A DNA stretch of 32,000 bases, taken from contig NC_007335.2 of the NCBI RefSeq assembly GCF_000012465.1, positions 990,001 to 1,022,000 of the forward strand, in the 5' to 3' direction. Position 1 is the first letter of the stretch. Each line of letters starts with the position of its first letter. This DNA comes from Prochlorococcus marinus str. NATL2A (GTDB taxonomy: Bacteria > Cyanobacteriota > Cyanobacteriia > PCC-6307 > Cyanobiaceae). A program made the translations under genes and the position numbers. Positions 15,593-25,057 of this stretch are shown one piece after another. The notes beneath the pieces are model-generated. The model saw only the letters and a program-made list of their open reading frames with translations. It made no database searches and was not told where the DNA came from.

Positions 15593-16180
15593 TCAGAGCC
15601 AAAACAATAGAAATCCTGCCAAAAGTCCAGACATATGACCAAATAGACTAATTCCAGGGAGGAATGACCAAATAATTCCAACACCTGTGAGTAAAGAAAT
15701 AGATTTTAGTAATCCTGGATCTTTCTTTAATTCGCAACTGATTGAAAGAAATTTATTCTTTCCATAAATAGTTGTCATTAAAATAAAAGCGTCGATACCA
15801 AATAAAACACCACTAAAGCCAATTGCTAGAGACATAGGATTACCTAAAACTAAAATATCTAGGCACCAACAAATAAATGCTTGGATAGGCATTATCAATG
15901 CAACAAAAGCTAGAAAGAAATAGTCACTTTTAAGGCCAAGTGATTTTAGAAAATATCTGGCCACAATAATTCCAGAGACATTTGCCAATAAATGATTTAG
16001 GTCACCGTGAAAAAAATGGGACGTAATCATCCTGTATGGCTCATAAAACAAACGACCAGACCAATAAGCAATGTAAGTCTTATCAATTATTCCTAAAAAA
16101 TCTGTTGCAATGAAGCAAATAGTGCAAGCAAAAAAGGGGACAAGATATTGCCAATCATCTTTTGAAATTTTCTCAATCAT
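15593..16180 (-). CDS. rhomboid family intramembrane serine protease
   Basis: HFFHGDLNHLLAN (H..H...N), GFSGVLFG (GxSG catalytic Ser) and GHMSGLLAGF (catalytic His) are present. Six or more TM helices. Confidence 0.85.
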   Translation of the reverse strand: MIEKISKDDWQYLVPFFACTICFIATDFLGIIDKTYIAYWSGRLFYEPYRMITSHFFHGDLNHLLANVSGIIVARYFLKSLGLKSDYFFLAFVALIMPIQAFICWCLDILVLGNPMSLAIGFSGVLFGIDAFILMTTIYGKNKFLSISCELKKDPGLLKSISLLTGVGIIWSFLPGISLFGHMSGLLAGFLLFWL

Positions 16181-16352
16181 TCGAAAAAAGAGTTGCCGTT
16201 AATCCAATCGTACTTTGAGAATATGATCAACACAAAAGGGAAAAGGTTAATTCTTTAACTATGTGATTAAGCTAAAATGTTTGATTATCAAGAGCTACAT
16301 CAATAAATAAGGTTCTAAAGCCTAGGGTATAACAAAGCTATTTTAGATATAG

Positions 16353-16679
16353 ATGAACATCGAATTAAAAAAGAAACTAAATCTGAATAGTTATGAATGG
16401 TGGAGAAACCACCGAAGATTTGTAACCCTTGGATTATTTCTAGCGTTTTTTGCTGGCTATGTCAGAGGTCCTTCAGCGAAAGACTTCAAAGTTAATGATA
16501 TTTGCGGACGTCTTAGCGCTGATTTGATTACGGGTGAAGAAGCTGCAAGAGGATTAAAATTAGGGAAGCAAAGAATCGATGGACTAGAGGGAGAGAAAGC
16601 TAATATCACTAATCACTACTACCATGCCAAGTACTACTGCCAAGGCTACACAAAAGGTAATGTAGGCTTGGGATACTAA
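16353..16679 (+). CDS. N-terminally anchored protein with a Cys pair, 108 aa
   Basis: TM (FVTLGLFLAFFAGYV) followed by a soluble domain with DICGR...YYCQGY. Confidence 0.6.
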   Translation: MNIELKKKLNLNSYEWWRNHRRFVTLGLFLAFFAGYVRGPSAKDFKVNDICGRLSADLITGEEAARGLKLGKQRIDGLEGEKANITNHYYHAKYYCQGYTKGNVGLGY

Positions 16680-16699
16680 TTAACATAATTACTAAAATA

Positions 16700-16746
16700 G
16701 CCAGAGAAAAGCATTGCACTTTTCACGCCGCTTTGACGGATCTGGC
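16700..16746 (-). terminator. structured 3' element/terminator of the second H1-like gene
   Basis: GAAAAG-cattgca-CTTTTC and CCG-ctttga-CGG hairpins enclosed by GCCAG/CTGGC. It is homologous to 5779..5823. Confidence 0.7.
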
Positions 16747-16753
16747 TTTTGGA

Positions 16754-17341
16754 CTAAGCTTTGACGGCTTTAGAACTTGCTTTCCTTGCACGCCTTGCAG
16801 GTCTTCCTGCTACAGCCTTAGATGTTACCTTTGAAACTGACTTAGCGCTTGAAGTTGACTTTTTTGCCTGAGCAGAAGCTACTTTCTTAACAGCTGTCTT
16901 AACTTTAGAAGTCTTAACTTTTGCTTTAGCAGCAGTCTTGGCTGGAGCAGGTTTACTTACTGCCTTCTTAGCAATTGCTTTTTTAGCTACAGGCTTTTTG
17001 ACAGCTGTCTTTTTAGCAGAGGTTTTTGCTGAAACCTTCTTAGCTCTTGTAGTTTTACGAGTACGGTGAGAAAGAATCAAAGCCCACTCATCAGCACTAA
17101 CATTGGCAGGCTTATTACCATGGACTTCAGAAACTTTTGCAGCTTTCTCAATATCCTTAATTAAGTTTTTCCAAGAAGCTGCGTAACGTTTATCAGATTG
17201 AGATTTAGCACCACTCTCTACAAGAGTTTCAACAACTTGTGATGCTGTTACTTTTTTTCTTCTTCTGTTAAAGATTTCCTTTTGAAGAGTAGCGATCATG
17301 GCTTCGCCTTTAGCGCTAACTTTGATACTTAATTGAGACAT
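16754..17341 (-). CDS. histone H1-like / AT-hook-like DNA-binding protein, paralog 2
   Basis: 195 aa. The N-domain differs from 5831..6349 at only about 3 positions. The K/A/S/T-rich tail is longer and ends in AGRPARRARKA. Confidence 0.85.
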   Translation of the reverse strand: MSQLSIKVSAKGEAMIATLQKEIFNRRRKKVTASQVVETLVESGAKSQSDKRYAASWKNLIKDIEKAAKVSEVHGNKPANVSADEWALILSHRTRKTTRAKKVSAKTSAKKTAVKKPVAKKAIAKKAVSKPAPAKTAAKAKVKTSKVKTAVKKVASAQAKKSTSSAKSVSKVTSKAVAGRPARRARKASSKAVKA

Positions 17342-17401
17342 TGAATTAAGAATTACCTATATACAACATCTAGCACATTGTGGGTATCCAAACCGAACAA
17401 T

Positions 17402-17425
17402 CTATTTACATGTAGATGTAAATAG
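17402..17425. promoter_or_regulatory. perfect 10-bp inverted repeat upstream of H1-like paralog 2
   Basis: CTATTTACAT-gtag-ATGTAAATAG lies 61-84 nt upstream of the ATG at 17341. It could be an operator or an RNA hairpin. Confidence 0.3.
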
Positions 17426-17594
17426 CATTTGCATCTTGCTAATTCCTATAAATAAAGTTCAAAATAAGGCAAAAGATGAAAAAAACAAGTCATAGTCTTA
17501 TTTAAATAAAAGCAGGGAAAGTCTCACTTAAAGCAAAAATGACTATCAAGAAGGTATTAATGCTTTATTCTTTATTAAAAATCGATCAATTAAC

Positions 17595-17816
17595 TTAGCT
17601 ATCTATTGAAAATGTTCTTTCTAATTTTGCTTTAATTTGCTTTAAGGACGGTTCTGAGACCTTGAGAATTTTTTTATAGAAGCCAAACAGTTTAAGACAG
17701 GCCAAGGGAACAAATATTGTCAGTAGTAAGGTTTTGGTAGTAATCATATGAATGTTATAAGCCAAATCAATTAGAAACGTACAAATATTACTTGTTAAAG
17801 CTATGTATAAAAACAA
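17595..17816 (-). CDS. small membrane protein (start uncertain)
   Basis: 73-aa ORF from TTG. An ATG-initiated 50-aa version also exists (MITTKTLLLTIFVPLACLKLFGFY...). Confidence 0.35.
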   Translation of the reverse strand: MFLYIALTSNICTFLIDLAYNIHMITTKTLLLTIFVPLACLKLFGFYKKILKVSEPSLKQIKAKLERTFSIDS

Positions 17817-17878
17817 AGTCTTTCGTAAATTTTAGTTAAGGTCAAGAAGTTCAAGAACGAATTAATCAATTAAATAAA

Positions 17879-18640
17879 ATGAAAGACCGGAAGGATCTAA
17901 AAGCCCTTATTTACCAAGTCGCAGCAGCAACAGATAGAGGTCAAAGAATGAACGCGATGATTGCTCCTATGTACCAAAATAAATTAGAAGAGATGAAGAA
18001 ACTGGTTGAGGATCTACAGCCACTGTCAGATGAAATAACTCAGAGTTCTATTGAAGGTGAATGGGAGCTTATTTACTCATCAGTTGAGTTATTTAGAAGC
18101 TCTCCATTCTTTTTAGCCATTGAAAAAGCCTTAAACGACAAATCAAAAAGCGATTTATTTTTCAAGCTTCATCTTTTACAAGTAGGATCATTTGGTTTGT
18201 CAACAGTAGGCAGAGTAGGTCAATATCTCAATTTTACTAAAGGAGAAATGATCTCTACCTTTGATACTACGATCTTTGGTCTTACAACTATCCCTATCCT
18301 TGGTTGGTTCAAACTTTTGCCTACCTTTGGCGGGCGCGTCATAACGCTTGCTAACAAACTTCAGTTAAAAAACAACATACTTTCTATGGAGTTAGAGAAG
18401 ACTAAGGTGTCAGAGGTTGATGGTCTGGGGAAAATCCCCTTTATAGATAGCATTCTGATGGAAAGGTGGTATCCAGTTAAGACCGTATGGAAACTTCTAC
18501 CATGGAATAAAGAAAATCCAAATTGTGAGATTAGCGTGATCTATGTGGACAAGGATTTAAGAATCATCCGAGATATGCACGGAGCACTGTTTGTTTACAT
18601 ACGTCCATCAATACCTCTTCTTAAACAAACAACAATTTAG
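17879..18640 (+). CDS. PAP/fibrillin family protein
   Basis: 253 aa. GEWELIYSS and the overall fibrillin-like lipocalin pattern are typical of cyanobacterial PAP_fibrillin proteins. Confidence 0.8.
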   Translation: MKDRKDLKALIYQVAAATDRGQRMNAMIAPMYQNKLEEMKKLVEDLQPLSDEITQSSIEGEWELIYSSVELFRSSPFFLAIEKALNDKSKSDLFFKLHLLQVGSFGLSTVGRVGQYLNFTKGEMISTFDTTIFGLTTIPILGWFKLLPTFGGRVITLANKLQLKNNILSMELEKTKVSEVDGLGKIPFIDSILMERWYPVKTVWKLLPWNKENPNCEISVIYVDKDLRIIRDMHGALFVYIRPSIPLLKQTTI

Positions 18641-18735
18641 TCAATATTTTTTTTAATATTCAATTGTTTGAAGCAGTCACGAAGAAATTGTTGTAGAAAC
18701 TCTAAAGAAGAAAAAATCTCTTAATTAAAAAATAA

Positions 18736-20265
18736 ATGAGAAATCCTGAAGTAATAGTTATTGGAAGTGGTATAGGAGGTTTATGTTGCGGCGGACTACT
18801 CGCAAAAGCAGGTAAAAGGGTCCTAATTCTTGAGGCTCACTCAAAGCCAGGAGGTGCTGCTCATGGCTTTGAGAAAAATGGTTATAAATTTGAATCTGGT
18901 CCATCTCTTTGGAGTGGAATAGGTAGTTGGCCTACGACAAATCCTTTAGGTCAGGTCCTTAAAGCTCTTAACCAAAAAGTTGATTTAATTAAATATCAGG
19001 ATTGGAATGTTCAAATTCCTGAGGGTGACTACACAATTGGAGTTGGAGATAGACGTTTTCTTGATCAGATCAATTCAATTAGCGGAAAAGATGCCATGAA
19101 AGAGTGGGAAAATTTTATTCAAGTTATTAAACCTATTGGTGCAGCAGCTAATGCAATTCCTTTATTAGCTCTAAATCAAAACAAGGAAACCGTATTGCAG
19201 CTCTTAAAACGTAGTAAAACACTTCTCACACACTTGAAATCTTTTAAATATCTTGGAGGTGCTTTTGGAAATTTAGTTGATGACCATCTTAAAGATCCAT
19301 TTTTAAGAAATTGGGTTGAATTACTTTGTTTTCTAATAAGTGGTTTATCTAAAGACGAAACAAATGCAGCAGCTATGGCAACACTTTTTGATGATTGGTT
19401 TAACCCCGATGCCTACTTGGAATATCCAAAGGGAGGAAGTGAATCAATCGTTAAGGCACTATTGGATGGGATTTACTCATTTGGAGGGGATCTTCAACTA
19501 AATTCAAAAGTTAGTCAGATAATAATAAAAAGGAATAAAGCAATCGGAATTGAATTGAAAAACGGTGAGAGAATATTTGCAGATCATATAGTTAGCAATG
19601 CAGATATTTGGAATACTATTGAGTTAATACCAAAAGAGATATCCCAAAAGTGGAGAGGGAAAAGGTCAAAGACTCCAAAATGTAAGTCATTTCTTCATCT
19701 ACATCTTGGGTTTAATGCAGAAGGACTGAAAGATATTCCACTTCATTCAATATGGGTTAATGATTGGTCCAAGGGTATTACAGCCGAGAGAAATGTTGTA
19801 GTTCTCTCTATTCCATCGGCATTAGATCCAACAATGTCTCCACCAAATAAGCACATACTTCATGGGTATACACCTGCGAATGAACCGTGGGAAAGATGGG
19901 AGGGGCTTAAAATTGGTTCAAAAGAATATGAACGTACAAAAGAAGAGAGGTGCTCAGTCTTCTGGGAACCAATAAAAAAATTAGTGCCTGATATAGAAGA
20001 AAGAATCGAAGTAAAAATGCTAGGGACACCACTTACACATCAACGGTTTTTAAATACAAAAAATGGAAGTTATGGTCCAGCCTTATCAGCTGCAGAAGGC
20101 CTTTTCCCAGGAAATAAAACTCCAATTAAAAATCTATTGTTGTGTGGCTCAAGTACATTCCCAGGAATCGGGATACCACCTGTAGCAGCCAGTGGTGCCA
20201 TGGCCGCCAATACAATTCTTGGATCCAAATTTCAAAGAGATCTAATTGAAGAACTAGGCTTATAA
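18736..20265 (+). CDS. FAD-dependent oxidoreductase of the phytoene desaturase / carotenoid isomerase family (COG1233)
   Basis: N-terminal Rossmann motif VIVIGSGIGGLCCGGLLAKAGKRVLILEAHSKPGG. At 509 aa the length fits, and the C-terminal GSSTFPGIGIPPVAASG is typical of the family. Confidence 0.85.
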   Translation: MRNPEVIVIGSGIGGLCCGGLLAKAGKRVLILEAHSKPGGAAHGFEKNGYKFESGPSLWSGIGSWPTTNPLGQVLKALNQKVDLIKYQDWNVQIPEGDYTIGVGDRRFLDQINSISGKDAMKEWENFIQVIKPIGAAANAIPLLALNQNKETVLQLLKRSKTLLTHLKSFKYLGGAFGNLVDDHLKDPFLRNWVELLCFLISGLSKDETNAAAMATLFDDWFNPDAYLEYPKGGSESIVKALLDGIYSFGGDLQLNSKVSQIIIKRNKAIGIELKNGERIFADHIVSNADIWNTIELIPKEISQKWRGKRSKTPKCKSFLHLHLGFNAEGLKDIPLHSIWVNDWSKGITAERNVVVLSIPSALDPTMSPPNKHILHGYTPANEPWERWEGLKIGSKEYERTKEERCSVFWEPIKKLVPDIEERIEVKMLGTPLTHQRFLNTKNGSYGPALSAAEGLFPGNKTPIKNLLLCGSSTFPGIGIPPVAASGAMAANTILGSKFQRDLIEELGL

Positions 20266-20307
20266 AAAATGCCTATGGTTGCTAGATAACGTGAAAATAC
20301 AAATCAA

Positions 20308-20571
20308 ATGGCCAACTCACTCAATAAAGCTTTTACAGGAGTAATTGCTCTTGCTCTGATTGTGATAGCTGTTGGTCGTATCCCCTTTTCCAGAGAGAAA
20401 GAGCTTTCAAATTTATGCAGGGAATACTACACAATGTACCTTAATCAGAATGACTATTCATTAAAGGAAAAGAACGAGAAGATCAAAATGATTGCAAATA
20501 AAACAGGTCTTAAAGCTGAGACAAACAATGTTGGTAATTTTTGTAATTCGTTCTATTTCAACCAAAGATAG
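20308..20571 (+). CDS. N-terminally anchored protein with a Cys pair, 87 aa
   Basis: TM (FTGVIALALIVIAVG) followed by NLCREYY...GNFCNSFYF. The architecture matches 16353..16679. Confidence 0.55.
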   Translation: MANSLNKAFTGVIALALIVIAVGRIPFSREKELSNLCREYYTMYLNQNDYSLKEKNEKIKMIANKTGLKAETNNVGNFCNSFYFNQR

Positions 20572-20619
20572 ATTTAGGATCAATTTAGTATTTAAATAAT
20601 ATTAGTAGCGAGGAAAATC

Positions 20620-20793
20620 ATGAAGAAAGAAACTTCATCAAATGTCCTTGAAAAAATTGATATCGCTAGAGAAAGAATCAAGGAATTAGAAACAATGATT
20701 AATCTTTGGGAAGGCGGCAAAGTAGCCAGCTTTTGGGATACTGAATGCTCCACAAATCGATCCTCTCCGAGTTACCTTCTCTTTAATGATTGA
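20620..20793 (+). CDS. CP12-C-terminus-like mini-protein lacking the second Cys, 57 aa
   Basis: Hand-translated: MKKETSSNVLEKIDIARERIKELETMINLWEGGKVASFWDTECSTNRSSPSYLLFND. An AGGAAAA RBS is present. The C-terminal 23 aa match 3670..3831 at about 14 positions. Confidence 0.5.
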   Translation: MKKETSSNVLEKIDIARERIKELETMINLWEGGKVASFWDTECSTNRSSPSYLLFND

Positions 20794-21007
20794 CCTTCAC
20801 TGGATAAATCTCTAAGCCAACACAAGCGAATAATTAAATATCAGAAACCCCTCAATTAGCCTTAGTAGGTCAGTAAAAAGACATCCAAGAGCCTTAAAGA
20901 TCTTTTAATGCACTTCAGAGATAAATTTCTTTATCTGGTGAAATCTACATTTTCGAACTCATGATTCATAAAAAAATTTTATAGAGTTAAAAAAATCGTT
21001 GATAAAA

Positions 21008-21568
21008 ATGCCTGAGCTAGAAAAAGTCGTTTCATCCAGTGACTTTGATGATTGGTTTTCATTGAACGACACTATTATGGGTGGCTCAAGCAAGGCAGTT
21101 TGTAGAGCCTCCTCAAAAGGCCTCTCCTTAGAAGGGGTTGTAGTTGAGGAAAAAGGGGGTTTTGTTAGTTGCAAATCTCCAATATTTACACCACTTCTAA
21201 ATTTATCGAGTTATCAAGGTTTTGAATTAAAAATTGAAGGTAAAGGTCGAACTTTAAAATTTGGAGTTTCCTGTAAGTACGGAATTTTAGGCTTAAAAGA
21301 ATTTTTCTTAAATAAGTCACCTGGTGGGCTCAGATGGGTAGCAGAAATAGATACAAAAAGATTTGGGACAACCATAATCAAAGTTCCTTTTGAAAGTCTT
21401 GAACCAACTGTTCTTGCAAAAAAAATCTCTTTACCAATTAAATTCAAATCAGACTCTATAAGCCAATTTCAATTACTACATTCCAAATTCGGCAGACCAG
21501 GAGAACTTAACCCTGGCTTTAAGCCTGGAAAGATAAATTTTCTATTGCAATCAATTAGTGTTTATTAG
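21008..21568 (+). CDS. CIA30 (complex I intermediate-associated protein 30) family protein
   Basis: The W.SLNDTIMGGSS motif and the jelly-roll-like repetitive beta pattern are present. I chose the ATG at 21008 over the TTG at 20999. Confidence 0.8.
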   Translation: MPELEKVVSSSDFDDWFSLNDTIMGGSSKAVCRASSKGLSLEGVVVEEKGGFVSCKSPIFTPLLNLSSYQGFELKIEGKGRTLKFGVSCKYGILGLKEFFLNKSPGGLRWVAEIDTKRFGTTIIKVPFESLEPTVLAKKISLPIKFKSDSISQFQLLHSKFGRPGELNPGFKPGKINFLLQSISVY

Positions 21569-21659
21569 CATTATCAGGAAAGCATACAAACGTAGATATT
21601 TCTTATTTCTAAAGTAATACTGGGCAACTGACGTAATAAAAATATTTCTCAAGAAAACG

Positions 21660-21704
21660 AACAGTAAAAAAAAATTAAAGCCATGAAAAAATATTTTTAC
21701 TGTT
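21660..21704 (+). terminator. 11-bp perfect inverted repeat downstream of the CIA30 gene
   Basis: AACAGTAAAAA ...23 nt... TTTTTACTGTT. The stem is AT-rich, so function is uncertain. Confidence 0.35.
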
Positions 21705-21773
21705 TATAATTTGATTAATTACATAAATGCCCTTTGAGGTGGGTGGATAACTTAAGTATATAACCACAACAAT

Positions 21774-23243
21774 ATGAAGAACAAAGACTTTCCATCGATA
21801 TGTGGATTTGAATTTGCAATTAACGAATTAGTAAATAAGGAGAGGAATAGTAGACAATTCAAGGAAAATTTAAATTTTGAGAATGTTAATTCAGGATTTG
21901 CATGTGCCCTCCATATGCATCAACCCACAATTCCAGCAGGTAAGAATGGAGAGCTCATTTCACATTTGCAATATATGTTTGAGCACACCTCAGAAGGAGA
22001 TAATCACAATGCCGAACCATTTGCTCAATGCTATAAACGTCTAGCTGAAATCATTCCAAGCCTGATAAAAGATGGATATGATCCGAAAATAATGCTTGAT
22101 TATTCTGGAAATCTTCTATGGGGGATTGAACAGATGGGTCGCGAGGATATTCTTTCCTCGTTAAAACTACTGACCTGTGATGAGACAGTTCATCCACATG
22201 TTGAATGGCTAGGAACCTTTTGGAGTCATGCTGTAGCTTCTTCAACACCACCCTCTGACTTTAAATTACAGATAACAGCTTGGCAACATCACTTTTCAGC
22301 ATTGTTCGGAGAAGATGCATTACTTCGAGTAAATGGATTTTCTCTTCCTGAGATGCATCTTCCAAACCATCCTGATGTTCTTTTTCAATTAATAAAAGCT
22401 CTTAAAGAATGTGGGTATCGATGGGTAATGGTTCAAGAACACAGTGTTCAGAATATAGATGGCTCAAGTCTCAGAGACGATCAAAAATATATTCCCAACA
22501 TGCTCAAAGCTCAAGCAAGTAATGGAGATACGATCTCTATACTTTCACTAATAAAAACTCAAGGGTCAGATACAAAGCTTGTTGGTCAAATGCAACCTTA
22601 TTACGAGGCACTAGGACTATGTAAACAACATTTAGGTCAACATATTATTCCGAAGCTGGTTTCCCAAATTGCTGATGGAGAAAATGGCGGAGTAATGATG
22701 AACGAATTTCCTCAAGCTTTTATTCAGGCGTATAAAAGAATTGGCCCAAAAACAAATATAAGTCCCACAATTGCTATGAACGGATCTGAATACCTCAACT
22801 TCCTAGAGACTTCAAATGTAGATGAAGATACCTATCCAGTGATACAAGCAATCGATCAACACAAAATATGGGGGAAAATATCCGGACCAATAACACCAAC
22901 AAAATTTAAAAAAGCAATTGAAGTATTAAAAGAGGAAGATCAATCTTTTTCTTTGAGTGGAGCTAGCTGGACTAACGACTTAAGTTGGGAAGATGGATAC
23001 AATAACGTTTTAGAACCAATTTCAAAACTTAGTTCATATTTTCACGAAACATTTGACCATTTAGTAGCTCAAAATCCATCGCTAACAAAAACGCATAGTT
23101 ATCAAAAAGCACTCCTTTACCTTTTGCTATTAGAAACTAGCTGCTTCCGTTACTGGGGACAGGGGAAATGGACTGATTACGCTAAAACGATCTTCGAAAA
23201 AGGCGAAGAGGTACTTAGAAACATAGAAATTTCATCTAACTAA
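21774..23243 (+). CDS. glycoside hydrolase family 57 protein
   Basis: The N-terminal CALHMHQP (HQP) motif is typical of GH57. Length is 489 aa, with a candidate nucleophile region at FSLPEMH. Confidence 0.75.
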   Translation: MKNKDFPSICGFEFAINELVNKERNSRQFKENLNFENVNSGFACALHMHQPTIPAGKNGELISHLQYMFEHTSEGDNHNAEPFAQCYKRLAEIIPSLIKDGYDPKIMLDYSGNLLWGIEQMGREDILSSLKLLTCDETVHPHVEWLGTFWSHAVASSTPPSDFKLQITAWQHHFSALFGEDALLRVNGFSLPEMHLPNHPDVLFQLIKALKECGYRWVMVQEHSVQNIDGSSLRDDQKYIPNMLKAQASNGDTISILSLIKTQGSDTKLVGQMQPYYEALGLCKQHLGQHIIPKLVSQIADGENGGVMMNEFPQAFIQAYKRIGPKTNISPTIAMNGSEYLNFLETSNVDEDTYPVIQAIDQHKIWGKISGPITPTKFKKAIEVLKEEDQSFSLSGASWTNDLSWEDGYNNVLEPISKLSSYFHETFDHLVAQNPSLTKTHSYQKALLYLLLLETSCFRYWGQGKWTDYAKTIFEKGEEVLRNIEISSN

Positions 23244-23593
23244 AGTTGACTTATTTTGTAAAGGCATCAATCAAAAAAAAGAAATAACTAGCATAAAATA
23301 AATTTTTGCGTTAAGGTCACCGACCAAAGCTTTAATGAAATGACTAGTACAAGTTTTGATAAAAATGGACTTGATAAAGCAGGTATTCATTGGATGCAAT
23401 ATCTTTCAATGACATCAATGTCATTGCTTATATTTCTTATCGCCTTAGACAAAGCTGTTCCAAGTTTTCACCAATTTGTCTTACTTTCAATGGCCAAAGC
23501 AGGAATTATTTGCAATGGGATGGCTGGATAAAGCAGTTTGACACATCTACTAATCTTGCTAAAGCATATATAACAAGAAAGCATTTTTAAATA

Positions 23594-23728
23594 ATGAAAG
23601 ATAAATTCAATCCAGATAACGATGGTTTTGATCCATCAGAGGAATACTTCAAAAAGAAAGGTGATAAATATGAAAATGAAACTGAAGAATATTTCCCTCA
23701 AGAGACTTCTAAGCCCCCCCATTATTAG
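23594..23728 (+). CDS. small acidic hypothetical protein, 44 aa (speculative)
   Basis: MKDKFNPDNDGFDPSEEYFKKKGDKYENETEEYFPQETSKPPHY, with EEYF repeated. Confidence 0.35.
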   Translation: MKDKFNPDNDGFDPSEEYFKKKGDKYENETEEYFPQETSKPPHY

Positions 23729-23773
23729 ATCAATAAAGGAAGGACTGAACTTAATTTAAAATTAACTAATTAT

Positions 23774-23947
23774 TTATTGCCTATATGGAATGAACGTACC
23801 TTCTGGATAAAGTCTTGAGATTGCATTGAAACGCTTTGAGATATGACGTTCTTTATCAATGTTGACTTTACGATTAAGTACTAAAACGTTATGAACCATC
23901 CATAGAAAAAAGCCAACAAGCCAATACCAAGATATGGGATGAGCCAA
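23774..23947 (-). CDS. small single-TM protein, 57 aa from TTG (speculative)
   Basis: (M)AHPISWYWLVGFFLWMVHNVLVLNRKVNIDKERHISKRFNAISRLYPEGTFIPYRQ. Confidence 0.3.
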   Translation of the reverse strand: MAHPISWYWLVGFFLWMVHNVLVLNRKVNIDKERHISKRFNAISRLYPEGTFIPYRQ

Positions 23948-24326
23948 AATTTTTAAATATGATCTAATTTAGGATGGCAATTTTGACAATTTTTTTCATA
24001 AGTATTTAAACCTTTTGTCACTACCACAACATAAAATTAAATTTTCATAAAAGATTATTCAAGACTTTTACTCTTTTCACTTCATAAATAACATTGTTGG
24101 ATTAGCTAGAGGTATTAAACCCATTTATTAAACATGGAAATATTTAGAGCAAATGAAGCGACACTCATAGCTAGTGAACTTATCCCAACTAGATTATTCA
24201 CAGACTTTTCTACCATAATTATTCACAGGATAAATCTGTGTATTTAGGCCTCGTATTGAGAATCTAAAAACTGATTGAACCATTGCAATAGCTGTAAGAT
24301 TCTCTAGTGTTGTTTTTTGAAAAAGT

Positions 24327-24485
24327 CTAAAAATATGAGCTTTTCAAATGCCTTTCCATGCATATTGTTTGGCAGTCGTTCTCTTCTGCACTGCTAGATA
24401 TAGAGCAGTATGTAACACACTCAAGATAATCTTCAATTGGATCAACTTGTGCTTGGGACATTTTTTTAGCATCAATCGTATTCAT
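24327..24485 (-). CDS. small twin-CX3C protein, 52 aa
   Basis: Hand-translated: MNTIDAKKMSQAQVDPIEDYLECVTYCSISSSAEENDCQTICMERHLKSSYF. It carries two C-x3-C motifs. Confidence 0.45.
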   Translation of the reverse strand: MNTIDAKKMSQAQVDPIEDYLECVTYCSISSSAEENDCQTICMERHLKSSYF

Positions 24486-24608
24486 AAATGTCTCCTACAA
24501 TTAGGGGTAATCTATCCTTTCTTTTTATTTTTTTCTATCGGTATTACTTACTAACTTATAAGCATAAGAAATACTGATGCATGAATCAAAATTCAAATAA
24601 CTTTATTG

Positions 24609-24788
24609 CTACTTTCTCAACTTTATTCTTATTCCTATTCTATCTCTAATAGATTTTATCGGAATCATATCTTTCATTTGATCATCAATTTGCTTTCTAA
24701 CTAAATTTCTAAATAACTGGGAAAGCAAAACCAGAGTCAAAAGTGATAAGACAAGGGTCAGTAAAGCGATTAATGAATAAGAATCCAT
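24609..24788 (-). CDS. small single-TM protein with basic tail, 59 aa
   Basis: MDSYSLIALLTLVLSLLTLVLLSQLF... followed by an R/K-rich tail. Its ATG directly abuts the stop of 24789..25052 (TAAATG). Confidence 0.45.
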   Translation of the reverse strand: MDSYSLIALLTLVLSLLTLVLLSQLFRNLVRKQIDDQMKDMIPIKSIRDRIGIRIKLRK

Positions 24789-25052
24789 TTAAAATTCTCT
24801 ATATATTGCCCATTCATCACCAAAAGAACTGACCTCAGAAAGCAAAGCAACAGCTATGTCGGAGTTATCAGAGCGTTTAACAATTATCTCTTTACCACCC
24901 ATATATGGATCATTGAACTCAGATTTTGAACGGCTAGCCTCTAACTGTTCAGAGGGTGTCAAAACTTCAAGGATTTTAATCCATATCTCATCATCTGAAG
25001 CGAAAGGAGGAACAGCAAATTTACTAGGGCCATTTCCTTTGTTTTTATCCAT
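24789..25052 (-). CDS. hypothetical protein, 87 aa
   Basis: Clean ORF that starts 5 nt after the stop of 25058..25264. Antisense ORF 24856..25074 is rejected. Confidence 0.6.
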   Translation of the reverse strand: MDKNKGNGPSKFAVPPFASDDEIWIKILEVLTPSEQLEASRSKSEFNDPYMGGKEIIVKRSDNSDIAVALLSEVSSFGDEWAIYREF

Positions 25053-25057
25053 ATTAT

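Noticed and set aside
20959-22251. Minus-strand ORFs 20959..21174, 21214..21447 and 22051..22251
   Set aside because: They are antisense to the CIA30 and GH57 genes.
23340-23590. Two overlapping plus-strand ORFs (63 and 66 aa)
   Set aside because: I cannot decide between the frames. There is no RBS, no paralog and no clear architecture, so the region is left unannotated.
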